Source of the DNA: Tubiluchus corallicola
Lineage: Eukaryota; Animalia; Priapulida
Length of the DNA: 64,000 bases
NCBI GenBank assembly: GCA_030141605.1
Contig: JAQGDQ010000030.1
Coordinates: 913,171-977,170, forward strand
Reading direction: 5' to 3'
Shown here: piece after piece, positions 13,701 to 27,200 of the stretch
Layout: each line of letters starts with the position of its first letter
How positions within the stretch are numbered: the first letter of the stretch is position 1
The notes under the pieces: model-generated
Database searches by the model: none
What the model was told of the DNA's origin: nothing
What the model saw: the letters and a program-made list of their open reading frames with translations, nothing else
Position numbers and translations under genes: made by a program

Positions 13701-16700
13701 CGTGAAAAAATTGCTAAACATTTCAAGCAAAAACAGAATTTGCAAACAAAACAAAACCAGTAACCGAAAAGCTCATTACCAACAGGGGCAACAATATCAA
13801 CAAGTGTTGTAAGTATGTCGGTAACTACGGAGTCAACGTCAGTTTCATTCACCATTCGCTGCGCACGATGGTACAACTCTGATGCGAAAACGGTTGCAGT
13901 TATGGAGGTTTCCAGATCTGAATCCACCTCCACTACTTCTTCCTCAATCTCCGACTCAGAGTCATCGTACCAAGAATCAGCATGCAAAGAGCGAGAAGGA
14001 AATTTTTCTGAAATGTTTTTAAAAATAAATGAAGCCAGTTATGAGATGGGTAGTTTTACAAAATACTCACATAGTGGAACAGACAATGCATTCTTATTAC
14101 TACTTGCTTTAAAAAAGCAGATTCTTAAGCACACTGCATCACATTTATTAAAAATGTATTTCATGCACTTCAGCAGCGAACGAAACTAGCATATTTGGAT
14201 TTTCAAGACTGAGAAAGACACATAAAGATACTCGAACAAAATCCAACTCATGAAAATGTCCATCTGGTGGGAACATTTGCCAAAAAATGCCACAAAATAA
14301 ATATAAAGGCAAATAAGCTGGGGAGCCAACATGATTACAGTGTGTAACATGCCTACACAAAGACATACTTCGTAATACAAAAAATGTTTACAAAAATTTC
14401 AAACACCGAACGACTGCATAAAGCATACTCATATCATTAAAAGCTAGAAAATATTCACCACAGAATGCTGACATCTAAGATGGTCTATAGACATAAGTGC
14501 AGTAGTTGCAATGCTTACGTACCTCTCAAAGATATTCATACAAGAACTTCTTGTGTGTGAACACCTTAAGTTTGCATAATAATTAATCCTATTTATATTT
14601 TGCTGTGCCACACAGCTCCACCTACATGCTTCTTACTTCTCATCCCTGTGAACTCTAATCACTTCTAAATAATGGCTATGACAAATGTACTGCATCGTTA
14701 CTTCCTGGTATTTTTAACTGCATATTTTGAACACTTACAAATAATGATAACACCAGACAGACATTGAAACATTTCGTGGCTATGTTTTAATAATATGAAT
14801 AAGTTTCATGCAATCATTCTCAGTTTGAAATTTTTATTATTACTAAGATTTCCCAAAGATATATCAAATTTATTAGCCGTGCTTCTACATAATCACTGTT
14901 TGGTACCTAATACTAATTTGGTAAAGCAAATGTGAGAACAAAGACGAATACCAGCTTACCATATTGCTATACAAGGGCTGCCGGCATTTTAATTGATCAA
15001 TTTTGGTCAGTGGTTTTGGCTCGTGTGCCATCCTTGGAAAACTTAACTAAACTGCTAGCCTCTTGATTCTAGTGCAAAAGCTATGCAAGTGGAGTGAAGA
15101 CTAATGATGAAATGCCAAATACTTATATTACGTTTAAAACTTAACAAGTTTATGAGACAAAACTCTTGTCCAAGAAGTGTGACAGTAAGCACTAGATTTC
15201 ATGAGCATAAAAGTAAGTCTTGGTTTACATCATTAAACAAACTCAGAGTAATAAAAATTCACATATTTCATAAAAACAAACCAAATTAGTATATAAAATA
15301 TGACAGAGCTTTCCTGAGAGTTGCCCTGAATGCATAACTCATGAACAAAAAAGCACTGAATGCTCTTTAAAGTCTGACAAATATTATTTATTCATTTCAG
15401 GAGCTTCTGCCCTACCGGGCCTCTTTAGCTGAAAAATTATGGTAAAATATTAAAAACTATGTAACAGAGTGAAACAAGAACATTAAAAGCAAAAATATGG
15501 TTTCACACTGGTACATATCGTTCTGACATTTTGTCTGTAATTGTTCAGCTGAAGAGGCCCATTACGGAAAAAGCTTCTGAAATAAATAAATAATCAAATT
15601 AACAATTTTCGCTACTTGTTCCAAGTGTTAACCAACAGCACAGTGAAGAAGGTGAATGCGCTGTAAATTTTACCAGGAACTAAAAAGGTTTAAGCCACTG
15701 AAGCAATGTAAACAATAAACGACAATGGAAACTTTGTCGGTGCAAGTTTAATTTATTTTCTGTAATGTGAAAAAGTATATAAGAGATGCATTTGTAAGGT
15801 AACGTTTGAATTACTAAACATAATTTGTGTCTGCTTTGATGACAGCAAATGGTATCAAGTCATTAATTAGAATTAGGATTACACTTCAAATAAAGTTGCC
15901 GAATCCAAAATCAGGGATAAACAGTCTAATCTGGGACTTGGGATGAGACTAAGTTTTTTTGGGGCCACTAGTTCATTTTCCTGGTACATTTACTAACAGT
16001 TAAACTAAGTTGTGTTAATGATAAAGAAGTTTGTTTGGAAAACTGTTGTTTAACTAACAATAATTAAAAAATTGTTGACAAGAACTTTGCATGTTAACCT
16101 ATCATGATTCGTAAATGTGATAAATAAAAACTAGACAACAATTGACTGCCAATCATAATTAAATGTAGTTATTACTGTTTAACTGATCCACATCATAAAA
16201 GGCAGCAGAAAGGTAAATTACGTACAGTAGTGTTGCCTACGGACCAGAGCATCAACAGCCAGGAAACTATAGAACTCATGCTAAGCTAATTTTACACTGT
16301 TTTACTTATGAAAATGACTCTGGGCATATCAGAGCAATAAACAGAAGCAATTTGAATATCAAGATACTGTAACAATCAGGATAGTCCCACGAAAACAGCA
16401 GGACAAGCTACAACCCAAATCTCAACAAACTTTCACTGGTTATTGTATTTTTAAATTTATTAACTTTTCTCTAGCTGCTATAATTTCTTACTGCTTTGTT
16501 TTTCCTGAGCGATCATTTCCCCTGTAACGGGATCCAATCCCACATCAGTTTTGCGTTTGACTGTGTCAAGCCAGTCTTCAAACTTTGCTTCGGTAGCAGA
16601 ATGAGATGAAGGTGCTGTCACGTGAGAAGTGCTTCCTGTTTCTAAAGTAAATAAGGATGCCTATTTAAAAAGTGTTTGAAGTATAATTAGTAAAATACTT

Positions 16701-17241
16701 AGCCATGAGTGATTACATTTGATGATTTACAATAAAGAAATTAATTTATGAATGGTAAAGAATTTGATCAGTACACAAACTGACCAAAAAAACAGCAGCT
16801 CATTAAACTGAATTGTAAGTTGATAATTATTATATGTTCTACTACGTCCGTCGATGCAATTTTCAAGCATAAAGCTGCAATACTGAATTTTTTATGGTGA
16901 CAATAATTTTTTCCAGTATTTAGGTCAGTGAATGTTGTATTATTTCACTGATATTTTCCTCTAAAACTCTTCAAAAAGCCACTTTACATAATGACATTGA
17001 TACCTCCATCTTGTGGTTCTTGGATTTCTGCTGCACCTATGGCCAAAGCTAGCAGATCATCAGCATTTGCATCATAATGAACTTCCCCTGATTCTGAAGC
17101 TTCCACTTCCCCCAATTCCGGAGCCTGAACTTCCTCAGAATCTAGTACTTCAGCTTCATTTCCCTGCAGGATCGGGATAACTGGGACGACCAGTACATCT
17201 TCTGGATTTGGGTCGGTCATGTCACCCTCATTAGCAGACAT
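7720..17241 (-). CDS. Multi-C2H2 zinc-finger protein (about 1625 aa; 26 C2H2 + 2 C2HC fingers, AT-hook, acidic N- and C-termini)
   Basis: Coding exons 17241-17004, 16641-16492, 14007-13780, 12674-12538, 12108-11979 and 11714-7720. All introns are GT-AG with compatible phases (1,1,1,0,1); total 4878 nt = 1626 codons with no internal stop. Fingers counted in the last exon; AT-hook KRGRGRPKG at about 10117-10143. Probable 5'UTR acceptor at 17305 and a non-coding first exon ending at 18068. Confidence 0.88.
15383..15594. mobile_element. Long imperfect inverted repeat, probable Penelope-like pseudo-LTR relic with degenerate hammerhead cores
   Basis: Arms 15383-15475 and 15500-15594 are imperfect reverse complements. 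The right arm reads ttcag-CTGAAGA-ggccc...GAAA(AA)GCTT-ctgaa; the reverse-complemented left arm reads ttcag-CTAAAGA-ggcccggtagggc-AGAAGCTC-ctgaa. Confidence 0.6.
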
Positions 17242-18205
17242 GACTTTCCTAATTTGATAACCAGGATCAGTTCTACAACTAACACCGTCACTTTGTAATC
17301 TACACCTGAAAAACGGGCAATGGCATATTGGTTGTTTTAAATGTGTTTGGACAGTAACAACACCAGATTTTCTTCTTGGTGCGGTTCAGAGGCATAGCAG
17401 TGGTTCCAAAAATAACGTTAATGGCTTTAGTAGATAAATTTGTTGATTTACTGTACTACTGTAATCTAACAAGTTGTATGTAAACTCATGTTAAATTCAA
17501 TAAATTCATTCAGTTCAAATAAGTTATATATATAAAACCATTAAATACACAAGTTTTACAAGAACAAATGTAATTAAGCAAAAAAATTTAGTATTAGTAA
17601 ACCTCAAATGCATATCATAATTGGTGAGACAAATGATTGATCTGATCAGTGTACGAAAGAAACAGTGCAAACCGAAATCACTATTCTCAAATTACATTAA
17701 TATAATAATAACGTTAATAGAACTTTTACTTAGCACTAAGACGTTATATCATCACGTAACAGAGTGATAACATAACAAAGTTCAAAAGCTTACTCATTTC
17801 GGAATTCCGGAAATACAATGTGTGTATTAAAATCTTTAAAAATTAAAATTATTCCAGTTTTTTAATGTCAGTAATGTTTTCATTTTTTGTAAAATATGCA
17901 CAAGCGCCATAAAATTGAATTGACGGCAAAATTTTGATGAAGATCCTTATCCAAGACTATGACTGTGTCCAAAGCTAGAAGAAAACCAGGCATTTGACGG
18001 GATCCCTTTGTCGACAATCAAGTTCTCCTTGCTAACAACATATAAAAACAAAAAAATCAAAAAATACCTTTAACAGAACTATCATTAGCGTTTAACAGCA
18101 ACAATGTTGTATTCAATTCGTTATTATCCCAAATAATAATTAGATCCTATTTCCGCAAAAACTGTGGAAATACGTATCAAAAATCATCGCAACGACCACG
18201 TCTCT

Positions 18206-18216
18206 CAAAATGGCCG
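18206..18216 (-). promoter_or_regulatory. YY1-like motif (CAAAATGGCCG on +) in the CpG-enriched putative promoter/first exon of the zinc-finger gene
   Basis: Close match to the YY1 consensus AANATGGCG, within a local CpG-rich patch (18180-18300) just upstream of the donor at 18067. Confidence 0.45.
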
Positions 18217-21200
18217 TCGCTCTTTCTTCAAAGGCTGCGCGAAGTGCGTTGTTCGTTGTCGTTGAGAAGAAATTGGGCGGCTTGTCGGGGTTGCGCGCGA
18301 ATTTTGTTTGAATTTTTTTTTAAATTTTACATAAATTGATAGAAACATTTTACTAAATCTATATTACTTAGTTTGTGAAAACACAGATGTATATTTTTTA
18401 AATATCGTCAATTATATTTTCGCAGCAATTTATTTAATAATTTTATTGTACAGTCGTAATTGCGTTGCGCCATCTAGCATACGAAAAAGTAATTTTAAAA
18501 AGTCTTGCAAAGGCAAAGCGATCAAGCGGCAAATGTAAGGAAACAGCCCAAACGGAATCCTCAAAAGGAAATTTAACTCGCGGATTATCGCACTCAGTCA
18601 AGAATCCTTATTGCTGTTTTTTCTACAGTAGGCACATCCAGCGGTATCTTTATCAAAAAATTATCAAGTCAACTTTATCAAAAAGTCAGCGACGTATAAG
18701 AATTATGCTGAGCTTTTGTTTATTTTCAAATAAACATAATTCTAGTTATGGTACTGTACTTACTGTACTTTACTTACTGTAAAAGTAATAAAAACACTTA
18801 TTGATAATTACTGACACCATTGCCATAATATTGTCATTTCCATACATAATTATAAAGAATGGGTTATTCCTTTCATTCATGACGTATTTGTTATATTTTG
18901 CAGTTACAGCTAAGATTTTGGTAACGCTTATAAGAAAATAACAATGAAAAGCGCAGCATTTTCTTATTAGTCGCTGCATTATAATTGCTACTTTAAGAGT
19001 TGCATGTGAAAGAAGGAAAATTTCTTTCTACATTTCTAAGCATTGCCTTTTCATCACATCTGTTGTTTAATGTGCAACACATCACCTGTTAATCGACATA
19101 TTTTTTACATCAACCCCGGCAGATCTATCAGGATCGTACGCAGCATATAAAATTTCTCAAGGCCATTTTCGCAATTAGTAATCCTAGTCCTACTTATGTT
19201 ATCCGCTAGTGTCCACTGTTCCTGCACAATTATGGCAATTGTCAAATTGTTTCGTAAAATTTAACAAAAATTCAAAGTTAATATGAATTTTGAGTGACTG
19301 TTAAATTTAAAATTTTATGCTCATGTATCTTTAACAAACTAGATTAAAGTGTGCTAGAACATTGAATCCTTGGCCCAAAGGTCTTTCATCCTAAGTGTGA
19401 TTCTAAATAGTAATACGTTTGTAGTGCCTCGTCTCACAGAACATGCTTTCCCGCGCAGGCAGCCTAATCCAACATTATTTTATTATTATTCTGGTAAATT
19501 TGTGGATTTATTTATATAATATACGATTTTCTCGGCGACTACTGAAGCATTTGCAACAAATACAAAATCAAACTCATCGTCTCAGATTCTCTGTTCCCAT
19601 TGGTAGCTTATTTTTAATCAGAAGACATGAGTAACAGCTATAGCAGGACTGCGAATGAATTCTTTGACAAGTTTTCGACAAAATAATATAAATTTTGTGG
19701 GAAAACTGGTACATACTATACATTCGTTCGTTGTTATTATTGTGAACTACTACCTACTTTAAATGGGTTTAAACACTTTTACAACAGCGACAGTCACAGT
19801 GATTTTGCCATTTGCATTAATTATACAGCTGAATCCCGTAATACAATGCGGCTTGTATATATAACGAAACTCTCAGTACCACGATGATTTTATTATACCC
19901 CTGCCAAGGTTATAATAAAACCTTTGTAATCACGTATGGTTACTATAAAACTTGTTATTACGAAACCCTCGTTTGTACGTTTTCCCAAAGTACTGTCAGT
20001 ATAGTTTCAACGTAAACCCAATAATACGATTTTCAGTCTGATGATTATTGATTAGTAACTTCTAAAATGTCTGTGTTCACCCCGTGTAAGAACGCTTCTT
20101 GTTGCGTGGTGACTGGCGGCAATAACTTATAGTTAATTATTTTTTACTGTAGTAGGGTCAATTTGCTGCCTTACCGCTAAAAATTGCAAGAAACCCTTTT
20201 TTGACGTTTTCTTGTAGCATTTGGTCCAGAAAATAATATATTCAAAATAGGTCGTAATCTGGACACTGCAAAAGGTCTAATTATGACGTCAAAAAAGATG
20301 GCCTTCATTTGACTAAAATATGTACATTTAGTCACCTTCGTTGTGAGTGAACCCTGATTTAGTCTACAATGGTGAAAAAATGTTCATGTTGACTCAAAAC
20401 CATGAAACTTTGCATAAGAACCCATTAAGGTGATTAATTTTGGTTATTACCGGTAAGTCATTCGAAATTCGTCAAATATGGCTGCAATTTTGCAGATGGC
20501 TGACAAAATGGCTGTTGCTAGCTATCAGAGCAGACAGGATAATGATTTTGGCATCTAAATATAGGTTTTGAAGGTTAAAGGATCCACGTCTGATGCTTAA
20601 ATGCCCCTATAATATTACTCCATTTCAAGATGGCTGCAAATGTTGTACAAAATGTCTGAATTGTTCTTTTTGCCTTGAAAGCCTGGAACTTTATGCAATG
20701 CAAAAACTTTGGGTCCGAAGTCAATCGAAAATTGTCCAATATTGCCACATATTACAGCATTCAACATGGCTGACAAGATGTCTGTTGCCAGCTCGTAAGC
20801 GTCATATCTTTTAGGAATTGTGAACAAATCTCTCTCTCTCTCTCCTGCTTTAAAAACTAACATGCATGTACTGTAACAACTTACCAAGGTTATGTTTAAT
20901 CACGAGTGAATATTAAACATACAGTATTTTGGACTAGCGGTTACTATTAGTGTACTTAGTTAATAATGCTGTTGTTTCCAGCTTTAAAATTTAAGCAGCT
21001 GCTGCCAATCAGCTACATGTATTTACATAGTGAGTGTTATACAAATTTTGCTCATAATAACTTGATTGGCACCTCTTTTATGAAGAAGAATAGTTACAAA
21101 AATGTCTCAAGCAGCATATAATTAAAAACATGTTTTTATTTTTTATTAAAGCTATGTACAGTTCACAGACAGATCATGTTGGTTTTACAAAATTTAGCTA

Positions 21201-21293
21201 CAAGTTTGGAAACACTACAAAAGATAAATAAAATCTTCTTATTAGATTAGTCTATAATAGTTTCAGTACGTTGAAAGCTAATAAATATTAGTG

Positions 21294-24200
21294 TCAAGAC
21301 GATATGTCTCTCTTCTTTGTAAACTTTCTCCTAAATGCTAAGGTCATGTCTCTAAATGGTGTCTGACTCTCAACCGGAGTAAGAGGAATTCTGCAAAATC
21401 TGCGAACCTTTGGAAATTTTATCAGAATATTCTGCAACAATCCAAAGCAACTTGAAGTGGTCCAATATAAGCAAATTGCCTGAAAATTGTGTAACATAAT
21501 GACAGATGTACAACATCAAGCCCTTACAATATATGCTGACGCCGTTAACTGTAAACAAAATATATAAAGTAAAAGCACAGTTATTAGGCATGCTGTTTTC
21601 TAGGCATCCCTTCAACATTCTAAATTAACTGGTAAAATGAACCATGATTAAAAAAGCAATGAAATTCAATATTTAACGTAAAAGGCATAACAGACTTAAA
21701 AAATTATGCTACATAAGAGGCCTTAGAAAATTACAAAATCTATAATGATATAATAAGGAATCCAAAAATGCAAATTCATTATCCGCTAGGCTTACAGTTA
21801 CAATATGCTGCACTTTCAAAATATGAAAAGGCAGGTTGTGACGTGATACGTGTTGTCTTATTCTGCCCAAAGAACTGACAGGGTGCAGACTGCAATGAAA
21901 TGTTCATTCTGGTGGGTGTAGGCTACATGTGATTACAGAAGATGGCAATGCACTAATAGCAGCAGCATATTGTTTGTACTACCCAAGTCTTTCACCAATA
22001 CCAGAAGCATATTGTACAAACATCCAAAAATTCCACTGGAAATTCGAAATCTAAGATAATCAGAAAAAGGTGTAAAATATTCAAATTGTGTATAAGTATA
22101 TCGAAACATTGTTGAGCAATCATGTGCTATAGTCCACACAAACGAGCAGACAGTAGTTTTCACTATTTTTCTCATAAAAAGTATGAAATATACATACACT
22201 GGGAACTGTCATTGCTATTGGAATCATGAAAAGAGAGACGCCCCTGAATACGTAAGTGATTGATCGGAATAGTTTCGACTCCTCTCTTAATGAAAGTGCA
22301 TTCATCTATAAATAAAATTGCGTGATTCAAAACTGCAAACACCAAACATATCTTACTAATTTACTAAAGCAATAAGAGTACATTTGTCCATGCACTCGGC
22401 CACTCACAATTTCACCTAAGCAAAAAACCTTGATGCATTAACTATGATGGCAAAATAGCTATATTAATTGCAAAATTTGTAGAGAGAAAGAAAATACTTT
22501 TGTTTCTTTTCTTTTCTCTCTTTTAATAAATAAATCACTGATTGCTGTTTTTCTGTATATAACCTAGTACTACTGACAAACCTCCCAAGTAGTGGTTTGG
22601 TGTATAGGCAAAAATATGGTAAAACCGGTTAGGGAGTGGGGTATGCTGCAAGCTCGCAAATGGGATCTAAAACTGTATAATCACAATTTCGGAAAATCTG
22701 AGCTTTAAATAAAATAATTTAGCCAATAATTACATATAACTGTATATTAAACCAGCCTCATTATGATTATTTCATTAGCTATAGAACAGAATATATCTCA
22801 ATTCAAAATGCAGTCATTATTTCATTTATTAATCCTTTATTTTTTATAGTTGTTTTGTTTCCATGTATGGTTTGGCCTGTCACACTCTGCTCTTAGCCCA
22901 AACTGTATGCATCAAAATCATTGTGTATATGCTAGTTACTATAGACTCTTTACTCATATTATCTGGACTATATTGTATTTGTATAATATGTATTTACTTT
23001 GCTGGACTGTTATCTGTATTTAAATGATATCATTGTATGCAAGCAGTGTAAAAATGAATAAACTCTTGAACTATTTATGAGAGCAGCCAGAGTGTTCAGT
23101 GTAAAATTTTTTAGTAGTTTTCCAGTTACAAAAACACGTTGTTGTTTTTTGTTCTGCATCATGTTATTTACGTACCAATAGTTGAAACATATTAGAAGAA
23201 AACTGAAGACAAAAAAACCATCTAGGTGAAGACCTGCCATTCCTTAAAATTTTTTGGCTCTATGAGTTGCCACGATCATTCCAGTAAAATACAACATGCA
23301 TTTTAGTGCGTAGATCCCAATGTACAGTTTTTTCAAGAATTTTTTCATAGACCAGAAAACTGAGACATGAGCAAAAAGTAGAACTGCACTGGTAGTCTAG
23401 TAGCAAATCAATGTGAAGTAAGTATCAACAAAAAATGAATAGTTTTAAATAAGATGTTACTTTGAACAAAATTGGTTTTACTAACAATATGCTGCAGAAA
23501 GTGAAATTAATAAAAACAAACTATGTGAGGTCAATCAACAGATGGAACACATATTTCTCAATTATTGAAAATTGTGAGTTCACAGAGATTATGCATAAGA
23601 GGAAGAGTGAAAGATCAATTGCGAAAGTCTCACACATTGGTAAGTCTGTACTAGTCTGGTATTATAATACGAATTCTTGATGATCAATATTGTTGGTGAC
23701 ATAAACTCGAGCAGCTTGTCATTGTGTGTTTTTAAAATCAATGTAAAATAAATGTTTATCTTATCTTATCAGCGACAACAAGTGCACAATTGAATATTGT
23801 ATTTAAAACTGCCCTGAATAATTTACCTCAGTTATGGTGAGATTAACAATTCCTAGCACAACAGGAAGTACGTAAGTTGGATCAACTACAGCTAGGTTTG
23901 GAAACCAGAGCGCTCCTCCCACAGTCATCTCTGGAACAGTGCCGCCGAGTCCGCCAGAAAAGCCGCCGGCCATATTCCTGAGTGCAAATGAAATGGTAAA
24001 CCACAAAGGTAGTTGTACCCATATAACAAGACTAGCTTTAAATGGATGGCAGTTCTCTCTAATGTAAGCCTCATTGATTAACCGCTTCATCTAAAAAAAT
24101 AAATATGTTGTAATGACCCAGAATAAATCATTGAACCGTACTTTAACTAGCAGATAAACATTAGGCTTTATTTTCATATTTTGACCCCAGCTCCCCTTTA

Positions 24201-27200
24201 CTTATGTTCACTAAATGTAAATTGTTTCTAGATTGTTATAATCAACTAGGTAATACTATTTGTTAGTTTAGGGAAGGTTATCTCCCCCCCTGGGTTGGGT
24301 TAAACGTGTAACTGTACGTTTGTGCGTTTAATCGCATTGAAGCCAAACGCATAGATTTCTGTACGTTCATGACACAGATTTCACGGAGGATATGCAACTT
24401 GACTTTGGTTGGTTAAACTGCGTTTTTGCGTTTTACCGGATTGTCCATTAGCTGACGTTTGAAAAGCTAATGATCTATTTGTGGTGGTGGAAGATGTCCA
24501 CTCATTGGTTTACCTGGCTTTGCTGATCTTACCATGCCGGGAAGATGTCGTTTCGGATCATGTGAGAGCACGGTGCAGTTGGAAAGGTGCCCAGCTCGAT
24601 ACTCCATCGCATGGGACGGAGAAGTCGTCACTGCCCGGGTAGGAACTGTATGCCAATAAACCGGAAGGCAAAGGTACCTGTTTACTTACGTTATCGTTAA
24701 TTGGCGCCAGAGGGAGAACTTGTTTTGATGTGAATTTCCGAGCGCATGTATGCCTACAGCTCCGTTCACACGTCACCCTTTTGTTAGACTTACGTTGAAA
24801 CATTTAGCTACGTTTCTCTCAGACTTTTTGCGTCGTTACTGTGGGAGTCGTGAACCCGTTACATGAAGTCAGAACCATACTTCAGTCGTTCTAAAGGACT
24901 CTGACCGCAAACTACACTTGTCTGGAGAAGATATTATGCTAGCGTACGCATTTTGGGGTGGCTGGTAGAGTAAGTAGGAACCCTTTAAATAGTTAGGAAA
25001 ACTGTATGATTTTTGTATGTTTTGTCATTGCATTTATTTCATGCCATACTTTTTAGTAGCGTTTTCAGATTAGCTTTTGTTTATTACTAATTTCCATTGT
25101 TTACAAAAGCTCAATTATACAACTGTTTTTGTTTGTGTCATTAAACTTAATATTTTGTCATTTATTCGACTGGTTACAGTTTGGCTTTTAGGGTATAGAT
25201 GGAAAGCCTGTTTTTGATCAATCCCACCACAAAAGAATCCATGCTATTTAGGTAGAGCCCCCGTAGAGTCTGCCTACGCTCAGCTATTGTCTGTTTCTTT
25301 AGTGGGCAGTCGGTTAGTGCCCCTAGCTCGGCCAAGGAACTGATCGAACTTAGCAGCGACTACCATTAATTGGCCCCTATGGTCTGCCCCTGTACGCACG
25401 GGCCATTACATATGTTACAGGTGGGAAAGTATAAACAAGAATACTTATTTTAAAAAGACGTTTCGCTTGTCAACAACAGATTAGAAAATAAGAAGCAAGT
25501 GACAGTAATATAAAGTAGTTGAATAAAATTATTAGACATGAACTGGTAAAGGCTTTGACAGCCAACAAAATACATTTTATTTTTTTACTTTATGACAGGC
25601 AAAAACTCAGTAAACAAGTTAACTGATCACAAAAATATCCAAACATTTAAACCAATTCCACCCTAAATGAGGCAAAGATGCAAGTAACAATCTTGGCAAT
25701 TATCCTCCTACATACAAAATGGTGAGGCATCATTCAAGTGTACATGCCTAATTAAGAGGCTAATGAATCATCAGATGTTTGTAAATTACATGCAATGCCT
25801 ATGATATTGGTTTTCTTAGGCAAATATTATGAATAATGACTATTACGATAGACACCGCTTAATAGACTCACTTTGGAACCGAAATGTTTTGACCCAATTA
25901 ACCGACTGAAACCATTAACCAATGGGTGTAGTATTACTGGTATAGAAGTATGAGTCATCAGCTTAGTATGCACTGCAAAGGTTTTTAATGAATTTTAGAA
26001 ATGAAGTAATGCCTAAATTATTTTGTGCTACTAAAAATTTAAAAAATATTTTAAAATATTAACTTATATAAGTGAATTAGCTATAAATTAAGGAGTATAC
26101 TTTTCTAAATCATACAAGTCTGTTTAGTTGCAAAAATTCCTTCAAAGTCGGCTGCTTCATTTTGTCAAGAAGAAATTGGCTAACAAAGTTCTCATATTTA
26201 TAAAAACATTGAAAATCTGTCTCTGTGTGACGCACATATTCTCGTAAAACATTTAGCAATTGGCATGCTAAAGCTGCAGTTTTTCAAAAACTCCTTAACT
26301 CTGTGCTTATTTGCTGTATGATGTTTACTCTTGTAAGTCACAAGGAGTCACAAATGCCTGATTACTATGCCTATATCTTTGATTGTTAAGTTATTAAAAG
26401 TAAAAACAACGAGAGCTTCAAAAGGAAACTGCTAGACAAGTGATTAAGTGTTTAGCTTCCAGAAATTCTTGGGTAATGAGGTTAATTGCAGTGGAGGAGC
26501 AGGTGATAGATTCAAAGCAAAACCGCTACACTGGCGTATTAGCACATGATGAACGAACCTACTTACAAACAAAACGGTACTTAGCATGATTGTTTCTACC
26601 TATATTATATTGCACAAAAGTGAAGTGAAGATGACATAAAAGCAGGAACAGCTCTTTGGGCTCATACAAATGTCTTATTTTAAGTACGTGAAGGAAAAAT
26701 ATTGAGTCACTTATGCAGAGTTATTTGAGTCATCTACCGACGGTTTTTATGTACATTTGAATTGAAGCGGCCCGTACCAGGCATTTTTGAGTCAAGCGTT
26801 TTAAGCGATTGAGTCTATTAACCGTGAGTCTATTAAGTGGCGTCTACTGTACCTAGATCATTTCAATAATACTTTAACTAATTCATCTTTTCTAAGACAT
26901 ATGGACTTGTACAGCACAACAAAAGCCAAAAAGTCACTGCAGCACCATAGCCAGATAAGATGAGAGCTCTATTATATTAAATGCCATATGAAAATGTATT
27001 GCACATACTTACTGTTATTCGAAATTTCCGCTTCAGCGTGGCCTTATCCCAGCCAAATTCTCTTCTTGCCATGTCCAATTCTATAGCTAGTTGCTTTCCA
27101 AGTTCTGCAAATTCTGGTTTCAGATTTTCGACTTTTGCACGAATCACTGCCTAGCAACAACAAATCTCTGATTAATAACTGTCAGACAAGAAAATCACAG

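Noticed and set aside
13379-13779. 3' two-thirds of the 202-aa ORF 13379-13987
   Set aside because: Intron read-through beyond the donor at 13779; only 14007-13780 fits the gene model.
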